Origin: a virus | Taxonomy: Duplodnaviria; Caudoviricetes | Virus record (IMG/VR): IMGVR_UViG_3300047361_000007 | Location: 1 to 31,136 of that record | Strand: one strand, 5' to 3' | Length of the DNA: 31,136 nucleotides | Part shown: positions 15,867 through 24,024 of the stretch, piece after piece | Numbering within the stretch: position 1 is the first letter of the stretch | How the letters are laid out: each line of letters starts with the position of its first letter | The notes under the pieces: model-generated | The model's database searches: none | What the model was told of the DNA's origin: nothing | What the model saw: the letters and a program-made list of their open reading frames with translations, nothing else | Program-made: the position numbers and the translations under genes

Positions 15867-17501
15867 TTATTGAGTGTCCATATTCAATGTGCCGTCAGGA
15901 TTTCGCGTTATAACCACAACACCCGGATCTGCTTCTTTGGCAGCATCAGCATCAGCGGTGCCGGGGCCGCCCACTTCGTCAACCTGTTCCTTTTTCAACG
16001 GAACTGTTCGAACTTTGTTAAACAACAAATCGTAAGTTGCTTGCGGATACCCCATTTGCATCATTGAGTATCCTGTGTCTTCAAGATAACCATCAACTGT
16101 GGTTTTCGAGACTTCGTTCGCTCCAGAAGTAAACGCCCTTGCAGCTAGTATAGCTTGCTCAACAAGAGATTCAGAAACTGCTTCGCCTTTGGTCAAACTG
16201 TTTATAGCTGTTTGGAAACGAGTTGCCGCGCTAGATGCAGATTCCGCTAGTCTTATGTCGGAATCTCTAACAACAGCACCGTCGTCAATCATCTTTAAAT
16301 AACCTTGCAGAATACCAAGCCCAGCAAGAGGGTTTGTTTTGTATTGAGCATAAAGATTTTCAAGCATTGATGACTGCCTTTGAATCTCTGTAGATGCTTC
16401 CATGTACGGTTTAATTCGACCATAAACACCCTTCGGGCTAAGTTTTCCACCCGGCAGGAAGTCTTTATTGTAATCAACAGGCGGTCTTTCTGGCAATTTA
16501 ACGCCACCAAAAGAGGCTTTTATATTTATAGGAAGTTTATTAAATTCATCCTGAGTCATCATGCCAGTTTCTACTAATGACTTACCTGTTGCTGTAATCT
16601 TCTCTCCTAATGTTGCATCAGGAGCAACTGTTGTACCAGCAATAAAGTTGGCTGCTTTTCTTGGGTCTACGGGATACCCAGCAGCGCGAATCGCATCAAG
16701 TTGTGCAACTTTTCCCGCCATTTCAACGCGAGATTTGTTTTCAGCCTGTGCAAAATTAGCTATCTGCCTATTGAACTGATCCTTTTTTGACGGGTCAAGG
16801 TATCTCATCAAAATTGGATTATCCATCAGCATAGAGTTTGCTTCTTTCCAAGCACCTCTATTAAGCAGCCCGGTGACACTTTGCTCCATAGCGCCCGAAA
16901 GTGCAGCATCACGAAGAGATCGCTGTGAATCCGGGTCTAACGCTGGTGCGTATTTAGAAACAATGGCTTCTATCTGTTCGACTGAACCACGCAATGCGCT
17001 TGGGTCTTTAGTAATTGCCGAAATTATGGGAGCCATTTCATTTTGCGCTGTTTCAGTTATATATTTCCGCTGCTCAGTGTTTTGATACCTGATCATCTGA
17101 TTAGCGTATTGACCAGCGCGGCTTCTTAAACTTGCCTCAAGCTGCGCTTTTGCGTTTGCGCTTCCGCCAAAATTATTAACGGTTTGCATAATTCGCTGTT
17201 CAGTTTCAGCGTTAAAATTACCGATTGTGTTTTGTTTAGGGTCAAGAATATTTCCAGCTTCAAGTGCGCTGTTATAAGATTTTAAGGTTTCTTGTTCAAA
17301 CTGATCGTTAGCCACGGCAGAGCTAATGATATCTTCACGCGCCTGTATCCGACCAGCAGCCGCTTCAAGCTGCCCTGCGACCTTTGTCAGCCCTTCGCCA
17401 ACACCGGAAAGCGGGCTGGAAGCCAGAGACAGCGAGACTTGCTGTTGCCCGGTGCTGCCGGGAACAGATGCTCTGCTTGTGTATTTCGGAACCATTGCCA
17501 T
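15867..17501 (-). CDS. Internal virion (ejection) protein, 544 aa
   Basis: Syntenic with T7 gp15-type genes; helical Q/A-rich composition. Confidence 0.65.
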   Translation of the reverse strand: MAMVPKYTSRASVPGSTGQQQVSLSLASSPLSGVGEGLTKVAGQLEAAAGRIQAREDIISSAVANDQFEQETLKSYNSALEAGNILDPKQNTIGNFNAETEQRIMQTVNNFGGSANAKAQLEASLRSRAGQYANQMIRYQNTEQRKYITETAQNEMAPIISAITKDPSALRGSVEQIEAIVSKYAPALDPDSQRSLRDAALSGAMEQSVTGLLNRGAWKEANSMLMDNPILMRYLDPSKKDQFNRQIANFAQAENKSRVEMAGKVAQLDAIRAAGYPVDPRKAANFIAGTTVAPDATLGEKITATGKSLVETGMMTQDEFNKLPINIKASFGGVKLPERPPVDYNKDFLPGGKLSPKGVYGRIKPYMEASTEIQRQSSMLENLYAQYKTNPLAGLGILQGYLKMIDDGAVVRDSDIRLAESASSAATRFQTAINSLTKGEAVSESLVEQAILAARAFTSGANEVSKTTVDGYLEDTGYSMMQMGYPQATYDLLFNKVRTVPLKKEQVDEVGGPGTADADAAKEADPGVVVITRNPDGTLNMDTQ

Positions 17502-17526
17502 TTTTCAGACGCCTTTAATTAATTTA

Positions 17527-18051
17527 TCAAAACGGGTTAGGACCGGCAGGATACGAAGAAGTAAGTTTTGGAGTAGCCCCACCGCCACTATACTTTGCGC
17601 CTAGTTGAGCAGTCGAAGCCGCACCCGTTAAAAGAGACCCCACAGCTTGCCCTGTCGCTTTTTGCTTTGCCGCAGCGCCTTCCATTCTTGCAACTGTCGC
17701 CCTTTGCTGTCCTGCCCTGTAGCCCATTTCACCGCCGTATCGGATTGCAAGGTTTTCAAGTTCAGCTTCTTCCGCGCTCATATCAACGACATCTTGCATA
17801 TCAAGCAATTCGCCGCCTGTAGCGGCCATAGAAGCCCTCTGAGTGCCAGCAAACAACCGTGCCTGACGTTCCTGCGCCCTAGCGTCGAACTCGGCCTTCT
17901 GACGCGCCGCAATAGCGTCGTTCTGTGCAATCTGCGCGTTGTAATTCGCAAGATTCTGCGCTGATTTGCCCTGCTGTATTGCGCCGACTGTGCTAGTTAC
18001 CGTTCCTGCGGCGGCAGTAGCAAGCGCAGCAATTTCTAATCCAGTACACAT
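17527..18051 (-). CDS. Small internal virion protein (T7 gp14-like)
   Basis: MC start, hydrophobic Ala/Gly N-terminus, YNAQIAQNDA, GTQRASMAATG; follows tail tube B. Confidence 0.75.
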   Translation of the reverse strand: MCTGLEIAALATAAAGTVTSTVGAIQQGKSAQNLANYNAQIAQNDAIAARQKAEFDARAQERQARLFAGTQRASMAATGGELLDMQDVVDMSAEEAELENLAIRYGGEMGYRAGQQRATVARMEGAAAKQKATGQAVGSLLTGAASTAQLGAKYSGGGATPKLTSSYPAGPNPF

Positions 18052-18052
18052 A

Positions 18053-20128
18053 TCAAACCTTCGTCGTATTAAGTTCTGGCATAATTGCCAAAATAGTAAA
18101 CGGAAGCGGCTGATCCTGCACTAAGAAAATATAACCGTCCTTGTCCCAGTTGCGCGGAAATTCCACCTCTTTGTCGCCGGTAAACAGCGCCGGTGCTTTG
18201 TCCATGTCGTCTGCGCTGGACCGGAAAGGGATAATATCCAAACGATCTGCGCTTGGGCCGTGCTTTAATCCAAGCGTATCAAAAAGCCGGTATGTAATTC
18301 GAGCAATCCGCTTCTTCTTACCCTGCGCCGTTCCATCTCTCGCTCCTGATTCAATACGCATAGTTTGCAGCGTAGATGTATACGGCAATCCAACATGGAC
18401 AACCTCATAAGAGCCGTTTAGCGTTATTGCCCCGCTTGAAACCGTGCGGTCTGGATGGGCAGCGCCATTTGCTAACACCGAAACAGTTTGACCTTCAAGA
18501 TGACTTAAACCAAATACGGACGTTACGCCGCCGCCGTTATAAGTAAGCATGGAATCAAGATATGTGGCGTCTGTCGTGTTTACTGTAACTTCAGGCATAC
18601 CCGGCGTTAGAAACTCAATATACCGAACTGATTGGCCGTTGATTGTGCGCTGTACAACCGCCCACAGATCATCGCGGCTTCCGGTTGTGTTTGGAATAAC
18701 TGCAACGCTTTCAACTTTGGCATTAGCGCCGCCAATAGCGTGTCTATGCCAACCAACAACATCTTGTGCGCGTTCATATGTCATGCCCACAAGAACACCG
18801 TCAGAACGTACTAGCCAGACAATGCTGTCTGGTTCTTGCTGATACGCCATATCAACAATGCCGCCTTCCGTAATGTGTTCCGAAAGAATGGCGAGGTCGG
18901 GCGCGGTATAGGCGTCACTTTCAAACTGGTAAACGTATTCGCGAACCTTACGGTTAGCACGTTGCAGAAACAGAACGGAGTTGCCTACTTGCGGAGGCGT
19001 TACTGCGGCGCTGCCAAACGTAGTCTGACGAACAACGCGGGTATTTGTGGGCGATAGCGGGCTGTTTTGATCGCCTTGCGAAACAATGAATTCGCCGCCA
19101 GCGGTGCCTACGGACAACACCTTACCGGCCCTCATCCAGCGGATTGTATTCACCTGATCGGTCGCAATAGTATAGACAAACCCGCTATCGTCCAAAACGT
19201 TCCCATCATTGTCTGTGGGAGCGTGGTTGTAATAATCAGCAGACACAGAAAAGAACATAGATTGCGGTCGGCTTGTTGTGGCCGCATAGACCAGACGCTG
19301 TTCAAAAAACGTTACAACAGACGGATAGCCGGTTGTTTCAGAAAACGCGCCTAGCCGCCACCCGGTTACGGCAGTGGTTGCGGATGCGTTTGGGCCAATA
19401 AAATCAGCCGTGACGTGCGTTGTATCTGCTCTAGCTGTAATTTCAAGATAAGTTTGCTTATTGCTTGCGTCTTCAAATCGAATCAACCGACCGATGTCAG
19501 TAGTAAGAAAACCAGCACCGTTGTTGATTCCGGTCACCGCTGAAGCGGTTACTGTTATCCCGGTGCCTGAAGTAGCCGAAAGGCCCAACGTCGTCTCTGT
19601 GGCGTTCACAGGCTCATATGGGCCATCTAAAAACTGGATGATATCCAAACTCCAGTTTGTATCGGCCAACCTAGACAATGTTCGTGGTTCATGGTTCTTG
19701 TGCGCTATATACAGAACGTCAGCAGACTGAGTGATAACTAATTCAAACAATTCAGCTTCAAGATATGGAGTTGATACTTCGTATGCGCTGCCTTTAGAAA
19801 AAGGCGTGCCAAACACTTCAGAAAACGGACCAGACGAAATTTGACCATAATTTCTATAAAACCGAACGTATTGATCGCCAAACTCAATTATGTATGCCTG
19901 AGTGGCGCTGAACTCAAATGGCAGTATTCGAGTTTTTTTGCTGCTATCTTTCACTTCGGCGGAAAAATAAAAACCGCCCCGGCGAGATGCTGGACCGTGC
20001 TTTTGCACAATCATATTCTCAAGCGTTTGACAGCCGTTGGGATATTTCTGAAGGTCAACGCGGCCTTCAAGGCGCGGCGAAAGTTCGCCCGCCGTAAAAT
20101 TAGTGAATATTGGCGCTGAACGCGGCAT
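18053..20128 (-). CDS. Tail tubular protein B (nozzle)
   Basis: NFTAGELSPRLEGRVD, LPFEFS, TQSADVL, YPSVVTFFEQRL, GWHRH motifs. Confidence 0.9.
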   Translation of the reverse strand: MPRSAPIFTNFTAGELSPRLEGRVDLQKYPNGCQTLENMIVQKHGPASRRGGFYFSAEVKDSSKKTRILPFEFSATQAYIIEFGDQYVRFYRNYGQISSGPFSEVFGTPFSKGSAYEVSTPYLEAELFELVITQSADVLYIAHKNHEPRTLSRLADTNWSLDIIQFLDGPYEPVNATETTLGLSATSGTGITVTASAVTGINNGAGFLTTDIGRLIRFEDASNKQTYLEITARADTTHVTADFIGPNASATTAVTGWRLGAFSETTGYPSVVTFFEQRLVYAATTSRPQSMFFSVSADYYNHAPTDNDGNVLDDSGFVYTIATDQVNTIRWMRAGKVLSVGTAGGEFIVSQGDQNSPLSPTNTRVVRQTTFGSAAVTPPQVGNSVLFLQRANRKVREYVYQFESDAYTAPDLAILSEHITEGGIVDMAYQQEPDSIVWLVRSDGVLVGMTYERAQDVVGWHRHAIGGANAKVESVAVIPNTTGSRDDLWAVVQRTINGQSVRYIEFLTPGMPEVTVNTTDATYLDSMLTYNGGGVTSVFGLSHLEGQTVSVLANGAAHPDRTVSSGAITLNGSYEVVHVGLPYTSTLQTMRIESGARDGTAQGKKKRIARITYRLFDTLGLKHGPSADRLDIIPFRSSADDMDKAPALFTGDKEVEFPRNWDKDGYIFLVQDQPLPFTILAIMPELNTTKV

Positions 20129-20731
20129 TTAATATGTGCCGTTTACGCTCACGGTTTGCCCGCCAGCGTAATTAAGACGACTATCTAACCAAGTGTCAGC
20201 AATAATTTCTCTATATCCGCTTTCTTGTGCGTCCATCGACCGAGCATCAGCAAGTTTTCGCTGATACATCTCCATCATGTTTGAATAAAGCGTATTGCTT
20301 TCAGCCAACGTAACGCACAACTCAGCAGCAATTCGAGCAGACAAAGCCTCAATAAACATTGAATCAAAAAGGTTTACATCTTCAACGCGGGCCAAATATA
20401 AAATTTTGGCAGTGCCTTCGTTGGTCAGCAGTTTGCCGCCTTCGATCTGGTAAAACATATCCATATTTTCCATCTGCAACACCCGAAGGCAGTCAGAAGG
20501 AAGATTGTATTGGTAAGCAAATTCAAAAGCTGGCGCTGTGCTGTTTTGCGCTAGTTCAACGCGATTAACTGCAAAATTCCAAACATGGTCGCGAAGACAA
20601 GAGTCACGGACCTGTTCATAAATAAGATTAGCGGCACGAGCCGCTTCACTGTCTTCGGTCAATGTTAGAATGGCGTTTGCACCAATCTTGACCAAGGCAT
20701 TGTTTACAATCTGAACGACAGAAGTTGCCAT
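20129..20731 (-). CDS. Tail tubular protein A (adaptor)
   Basis: IVNNALVKIG, HVWNFA, YQYNLPSDCLR; position after capsid genes. Confidence 0.88.
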   Translation of the reverse strand: MATSVVQIVNNALVKIGANAILTLTEDSEAARAANLIYEQVRDSCLRDHVWNFAVNRVELAQNSTAPAFEFAYQYNLPSDCLRVLQMENMDMFYQIEGGKLLTNEGTAKILYLARVEDVNLFDSMFIEALSARIAAELCVTLAESNTLYSNMMEMYQRKLADARSMDAQESGYREIIADTWLDSRLNYAGGQTVSVNGTY

Positions 20732-20741
20732 GCTATCACCT

Positions 20742-20773
20742 AAGTAAAGTGTGGGGAGGCCGAAGCCTCCCCA
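20742..20773 (-). terminator. Terminator-like hairpin after capsid genes
   Basis: TGGGGAGGC-TTCG-GCCTCCCCA then CACTTTACTT on - strand; imperfect U-tract consistent with read-through to tail genes. Confidence 0.75.
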
Positions 20774-20779
20774 ACCTTA

Positions 20780-21202
20780 TTACGTTGCGGAGAAGTACAT
20801 ATCCACAACGAGCGTACCAGAGCTAGGCAACGCTGCACTAGCAATCGTGATGAAGATTTCTTCTTCAGCACTTAGGGTCGCAACACCAGCATTGACACCG
20901 AACAACGTCGGGACATTTGCAGCGGTATGAGTTGCCGCAGCCCGATATTTTCCGGTCGTGCCAGTAACGCCGATAGCAATCGTGGCACTACTGCCAAGCG
21001 TGGCGCTTGAGTTTAGAACACCATAAAGGAAAGATTCACCTTCGGTTGCTTTCGCAATAACAATGGTGTCCGAAGTTGCTTGAGAAGCGAGCGTAATGGT
21101 GGCCCGCTTAACGCGAACATTACCATCTACAACTCCGCCAGACGGGAGGCTAACTGGAACTGCCGCGAGTCCAGCCATTTCTGCACTATATTTTACAGCC
21201 AT
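20780..21202 (-). CDS. Putative capsid decoration/cement protein (140 aa)
   Basis: Directly after MCP, before terminator; small, A/T/S/G-rich, beta-type composition; GGAGG SD. Confidence 0.65.
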   Translation of the reverse strand: MAVKYSAEMAGLAAVPVSLPSGGVVDGNVRVKRATITLASQATSDTIVIAKATEGESFLYGVLNSSATLGSSATIAIGVTGTTGKYRAAATHTAANVPTLFGVNAGVATLSAEEEIFITIASAALPSSGTLVVDMYFSAT

Positions 21203-21215
21203 TTTTCAATCCCTC

Positions 21216-22091
21216 CTATTCGACACAAAGAATTTCAAGAACGCGGGCTTCTTCCATGCGAGTGCCGCCGATGCTCATTGAGCAAAAGACCTGCGTTGCA
21301 TAATTTTTGTCCGCACGTTCAGAAATTTTCGTTGTCATGTCAGCACCGACACCAAGAAGCAAACCTTCATTCTGGAATGCAAAACAGCGACGATGGCTAG
21401 AACCATCAACGGGAACCAGCTTGGTGCCGTCAATACGCTTACCGTTCACGGATACAAATTCGAATCCAAGAAACGAATCGATCTCACCGCGAGCAAGTGC
21501 CTTGACAGTATTGAAATCTGAACTTTTGATTTCAGTCGTGTTCAAGAGATCGCTGATCTGGTCAGACGTACAAACAATGACGCGACCATTTTCAGGAACA
21601 TCGTCACCGTCCATCGTCTCTTTTGCCGACAGCAGCTTGGCGAGCGTAAGACCCGTGCCGCCGTTAGCAATAGCCGTCTGACCTGCAACGGTGGTTCCGC
21701 CAGAAACGCCGGTAAAGGCATTTCCAAGGGCCGCATCAATCAGAACTTCGTCCATCGCACGACCCATGCTCATGGCCGCTGCGCGGGCATAATCAGAGGT
21801 CGGATCAATCAACATTCTCACTTTGTCCTCGTTGTCAATGAGGTCAGCCCAATCAAAATCTTCAAGGCTAACGCGACGACGTGCGTGAGGGGTATCAACT
21901 CTGGGGGTGTCACTGTGGCGACTTGTCCGACGCTGTGCGGACGTGGCACCAATCTGCTCGAAAAAGGCATTTTTGCCGGTAACGGCTTCTTCGCGAACTG
22001 AACCGCGCAACTTAGACCCGTCCTGCTGGACAAGGTGCTGGACGTTGGCGCTGTACTGTTCGACGAAAGCCGTTGTCACTTGGATAGACAT
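21216..22091 (-). CDS. Major capsid protein
   Basis: AFVEQYSANV...LVQQDGSKLR, DTPHARR, LIDNEDKVRMLIDPTS, MGRAMD, V.ALARGEIDSFLGFEF; AGGAG SD. Confidence 0.92.
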   Translation of the reverse strand: MSIQVTTAFVEQYSANVQHLVQQDGSKLRGSVREEAVTGKNAFFEQIGATSAQRRTSRHSDTPRVDTPHARRRVSLEDFDWADLIDNEDKVRMLIDPTSDYARAAAMSMGRAMDEVLIDAALGNAFTGVSGGTTVAGQTAIANGGTGLTLAKLLSAKETMDGDDVPENGRVIVCTSDQISDLLNTTEIKSSDFNTVKALARGEIDSFLGFEFVSVNGKRIDGTKLVPVDGSSHRRCFAFQNEGLLLGVGADMTTKISERADKNYATQVFCSMSIGGTRMEEARVLEILCVE

Positions 22092-22127
22092 ACGGATTTC
22101 TCCTAAAGGGTTAAAACAGTAGTTTGA

Positions 22128-22205
22128 GGGTTATCGTCTAGGACGGCCCAAGCTGCCTTCGTGCTTGTGCGGGTTCCGCAAGGAATTGTCCACCTATAGA
22201 AAGGC
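22128..22205 (-). ncRNA. Candidate structured cis-regulatory RNA in capsid 5' leader
   Basis: Two hairpins (22169-22193, 22128-22149) each with a G-AYAA-Y / R-C-C internal loop; extra GCCTT/AAGGC helix. Confidence 0.55.
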
Positions 22206-22211
22206 GACTTG

Positions 22212-22240
22212 ATTGTATCTTATTTTTGTGAATATGCAAA
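22212..22240 (-). promoter_or_regulatory. Sigma70-type promoter for capsid gene
   Basis: TTGCAT-16 nt-TACAAT (or TTTGCA-17 nt) on - strand in AT-rich gap right after a terminator. Confidence 0.6.
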
Positions 22241-22244
22241 TAGC

Positions 22245-22274
22245 AAAAAAACAGCGGCAGATTGCCACCGTTTT
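22245..22274 (-). terminator. Rho-independent terminator before capsid promoter
   Basis: CGGTGGCA-ATC-TGCCGCTG followed by T7 on - strand. Confidence 0.8.
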
Positions 22275-22528
22275 TATGCTTTAGATTTAGTGCCTGAACA
22301 TTTCCATCTTTTGCGTGACAAGCGCAAAGGCGAATTTGGGTTCTTTGCGGCGGCGGGGTGTTTTTTCATTTGACCGGCAGAACGGGCGCAGTAAGCATCA
22401 CCCTTTTTTGTTCCGGGCTTTACCCTAGCGCCTCCGCCTTTTGCCTTACCAGATTGCCCGTAACTTACACGCTTTCCACCAGCGGTCACTTTGACTTTTG
22501 CTTTGCCCTTGGCAGGTTTAGCAGCCAT
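22274..22528 (-). CDS. Small basic protein (84 aa)
   Basis: Lys-rich; SYGQ...PGTKKGDAYCARS...SRKRWKC; ends at terminator. Confidence 0.78.
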   Translation of the reverse strand: MAAKPAKGKAKVKVTAGGKRVSYGQSGKAKGGGARVKPGTKKGDAYCARSAGQMKKHPAAAKNPNSPLRLSRKRWKCSGTKSKA

Positions 22529-22530
22529 CT

Positions 22531-22632
22531 TTAAGACTTTCTTTTTGCCGGTTTCTTTGTTGTCTTTACTGGTTTCTGCGTTTTAGGCGGACGCCCCACC
22601 TTGCTGCCGTAAGTTCCTTTGCCTTTAGGCAT
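22531..22632 (-). CDS. 33-aa basic peptide (MPKGKGTYGSKVGRPPKTQKPVKTTKKPAKRKS), not in ORF track
   Basis: TGATG overlap upstream, stop 2 nt before next ATG; AT-hook-like GRP; translated by hand. Confidence 0.72.
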   Translation of the reverse strand: MPKGKGTYGSKVGRPPKTQKPVKTTKKPAKRKS

Positions 22633-22793
22633 CACTTTTTCCCTTTCCTTGCAGTCTTTGCAGTTTTCGCAGACTGCTTAAACGCTTTTGCAGTTGGCGC
22701 ACCCTTTGCGCCGGGTTTACGCATTTTTTCTTTGCTACCAGAGGCAATGCGTTTTCTTTTAGCTTGGATGTTTGCGTACAGGCCCTTTGGCAT
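22632..22793 (-). CDS. 53-aa Lys/Ala-rich basic protein (MPKGLYANIQAKRKR...)
   Basis: GAGGA SD before ATG 22793, preferred over track start 22853. Confidence 0.75.
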   Translation of the reverse strand: MPKGLYANIQAKRKRIASGSKEKMRKPGAKGAPTAKAFKQSAKTAKTARKGKK

Positions 22794-22953
22794 CGATATT
22801 TTCCTCTTTTTTAATAGGTCTTCCACGTTTGGGCTTGGAAACAACCCAATCAAAATATCTTTCTGCTGTTTTAATTGTCTGATCTGCGGAACCAGAAACA
22901 GCTAAATTCAAACATTCTAGTCTGATTTGTTCTCTGTCACAAGTCACGATCAT
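22759..22953 (-). CDS. Hypothetical protein (64 aa)
   Basis: ATGA overlap with scaffold stop; IRLECLNLA...AERYFDWV then KRGRP. Confidence 0.68.
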   Translation of the reverse strand: MIVTCDREQIRLECLNLAVSGSADQTIKTAERYFDWVVSKPKRGRPIKKEENIDAKGPVRKHPS

Positions 22954-23789
22954 TCACCGTAAGCCTGATTAAACAATGCCTGAACCTTCTTGACCATAGA
23001 ATTATGCTCTGGGTGTCGCTTATCTGTATAAGCCGGGTGAGACATAATCGTTGCCGCTTCAGCCCTAGCTTCTTCTGGCGTCAACGCCATCTGCGTTCCG
23101 CTGGACGGTCCAGCCAAATCCTTATCAGCCATTGTTGTCTTAGCGATATTAGCAAATGCCCGGAGAACATCAGGGTCATTGCCCATGCCACTGGCTTCCA
23201 TTTTCGCTGCCAGTTCGTCGCCGCCATATTCAGAAAATGCTTTGCGGGCAAAATCTAAATTCTGATCGTATGCACGACCCCACTCCTGACGCAAAGCAGT
23301 TTCGCCTTGCTCCATAGACTGATCAATCAGTCCTTTATAGGCTTCATGTTGATTGCCCATGTTACCAGCTTGCCATGCTACAAGGCTTTTAACTTGCTCT
23401 GCATTAAGGCCCAGCTTGTGCGCTTCCTGCTTAAACGACGAAAGCGTTTCATCGTTAAACTGACCAGCGATTTCTTCTGGCAAGTCTTCCGGCAGTTCAA
23501 TTTCGTATTTTTCAGGGCTTTCAGGGCGACCAAGGAACTCGTAAACGTCATCCCAATCGCTATCCGTAACTGGCTTTGCAATCTTATCTCGCCCAAGGTG
23601 CGATTGAAGATTGACATAGGATGCCGCTAGGCTATCCACATCTTTGAATTTAGAAAAACTTGGATTTTCCCGAAGGTCTTCTGACAACGACGAACGCCAA
23701 TCGTCGTTGCTTGTTTCTGTCTGAGGGGCCGTTTCGCTAACTGCTTCTGCATTATCCACCATATCGGCAGGTGCGGTATCGTTAGGCAT
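22950..23789 (-). CDS. Capsid assembly scaffolding protein
   Basis: Acidic helical protein between portal and MCP; DWRSSL, LGRPESPEKY, LRQEWG, GMGNDPD, HPEH; GGAG SD favours ATG 23789. Confidence 0.82.
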   Translation of the reverse strand: MPNDTAPADMVDNAEAVSETAPQTETSNDDWRSSLSEDLRENPSFSKFKDVDSLAASYVNLQSHLGRDKIAKPVTDSDWDDVYEFLGRPESPEKYEIELPEDLPEEIAGQFNDETLSSFKQEAHKLGLNAEQVKSLVAWQAGNMGNQHEAYKGLIDQSMEQGETALRQEWGRAYDQNLDFARKAFSEYGGDELAAKMEASGMGNDPDVLRAFANIAKTTMADKDLAGPSSGTQMALTPEEARAEAATIMSHPAYTDKRHPEHNSMVKKVQALFNQAYGE

Positions 23790-24024
23790 TGGCTTCAATC
23801 TCCTGTGAAAGTTCTAAAAATCGTTCCGGTGTTTCGTCTAGCATCGTGAGAACCATTAACGCGACATTTCTCATGCCCTCGTTAAAGGCAGCATTTTCCA
23901 ACGCTTCGCCCGGAACAAACGAAGGCCGCAAAACACCGCACTCACGGCAAATGTGGGAAAGAACTCGCTTGCCTTCCTCTGATCCGAAGACAAACCGAAA
24001 ATCGTCTTTGCTAACCTTGGACAA
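23782..24024 (-). CDS. Conserved post-portal protein (BPP-1 Bbp19-like)
   Basis: VFGSEEGKRVL...AFNEGMRNV motif between portal and scaffold. Confidence 0.75.
   Translation of the reverse strand: MSKVSKDDFRFVFGSEEGKRVLSHICRECGVLRPSFVPGEALENAAFNEGMRNVALMVLTMLDETPERFLELSQEIEANA

Noticed and set aside
21203-21230. T7-style frameshift or read-through fusing MCP to the downstream protein
   Set aside because: No obvious slippery heptamer at the MCP end; the downstream gene has its own GGAGG SD and ATG
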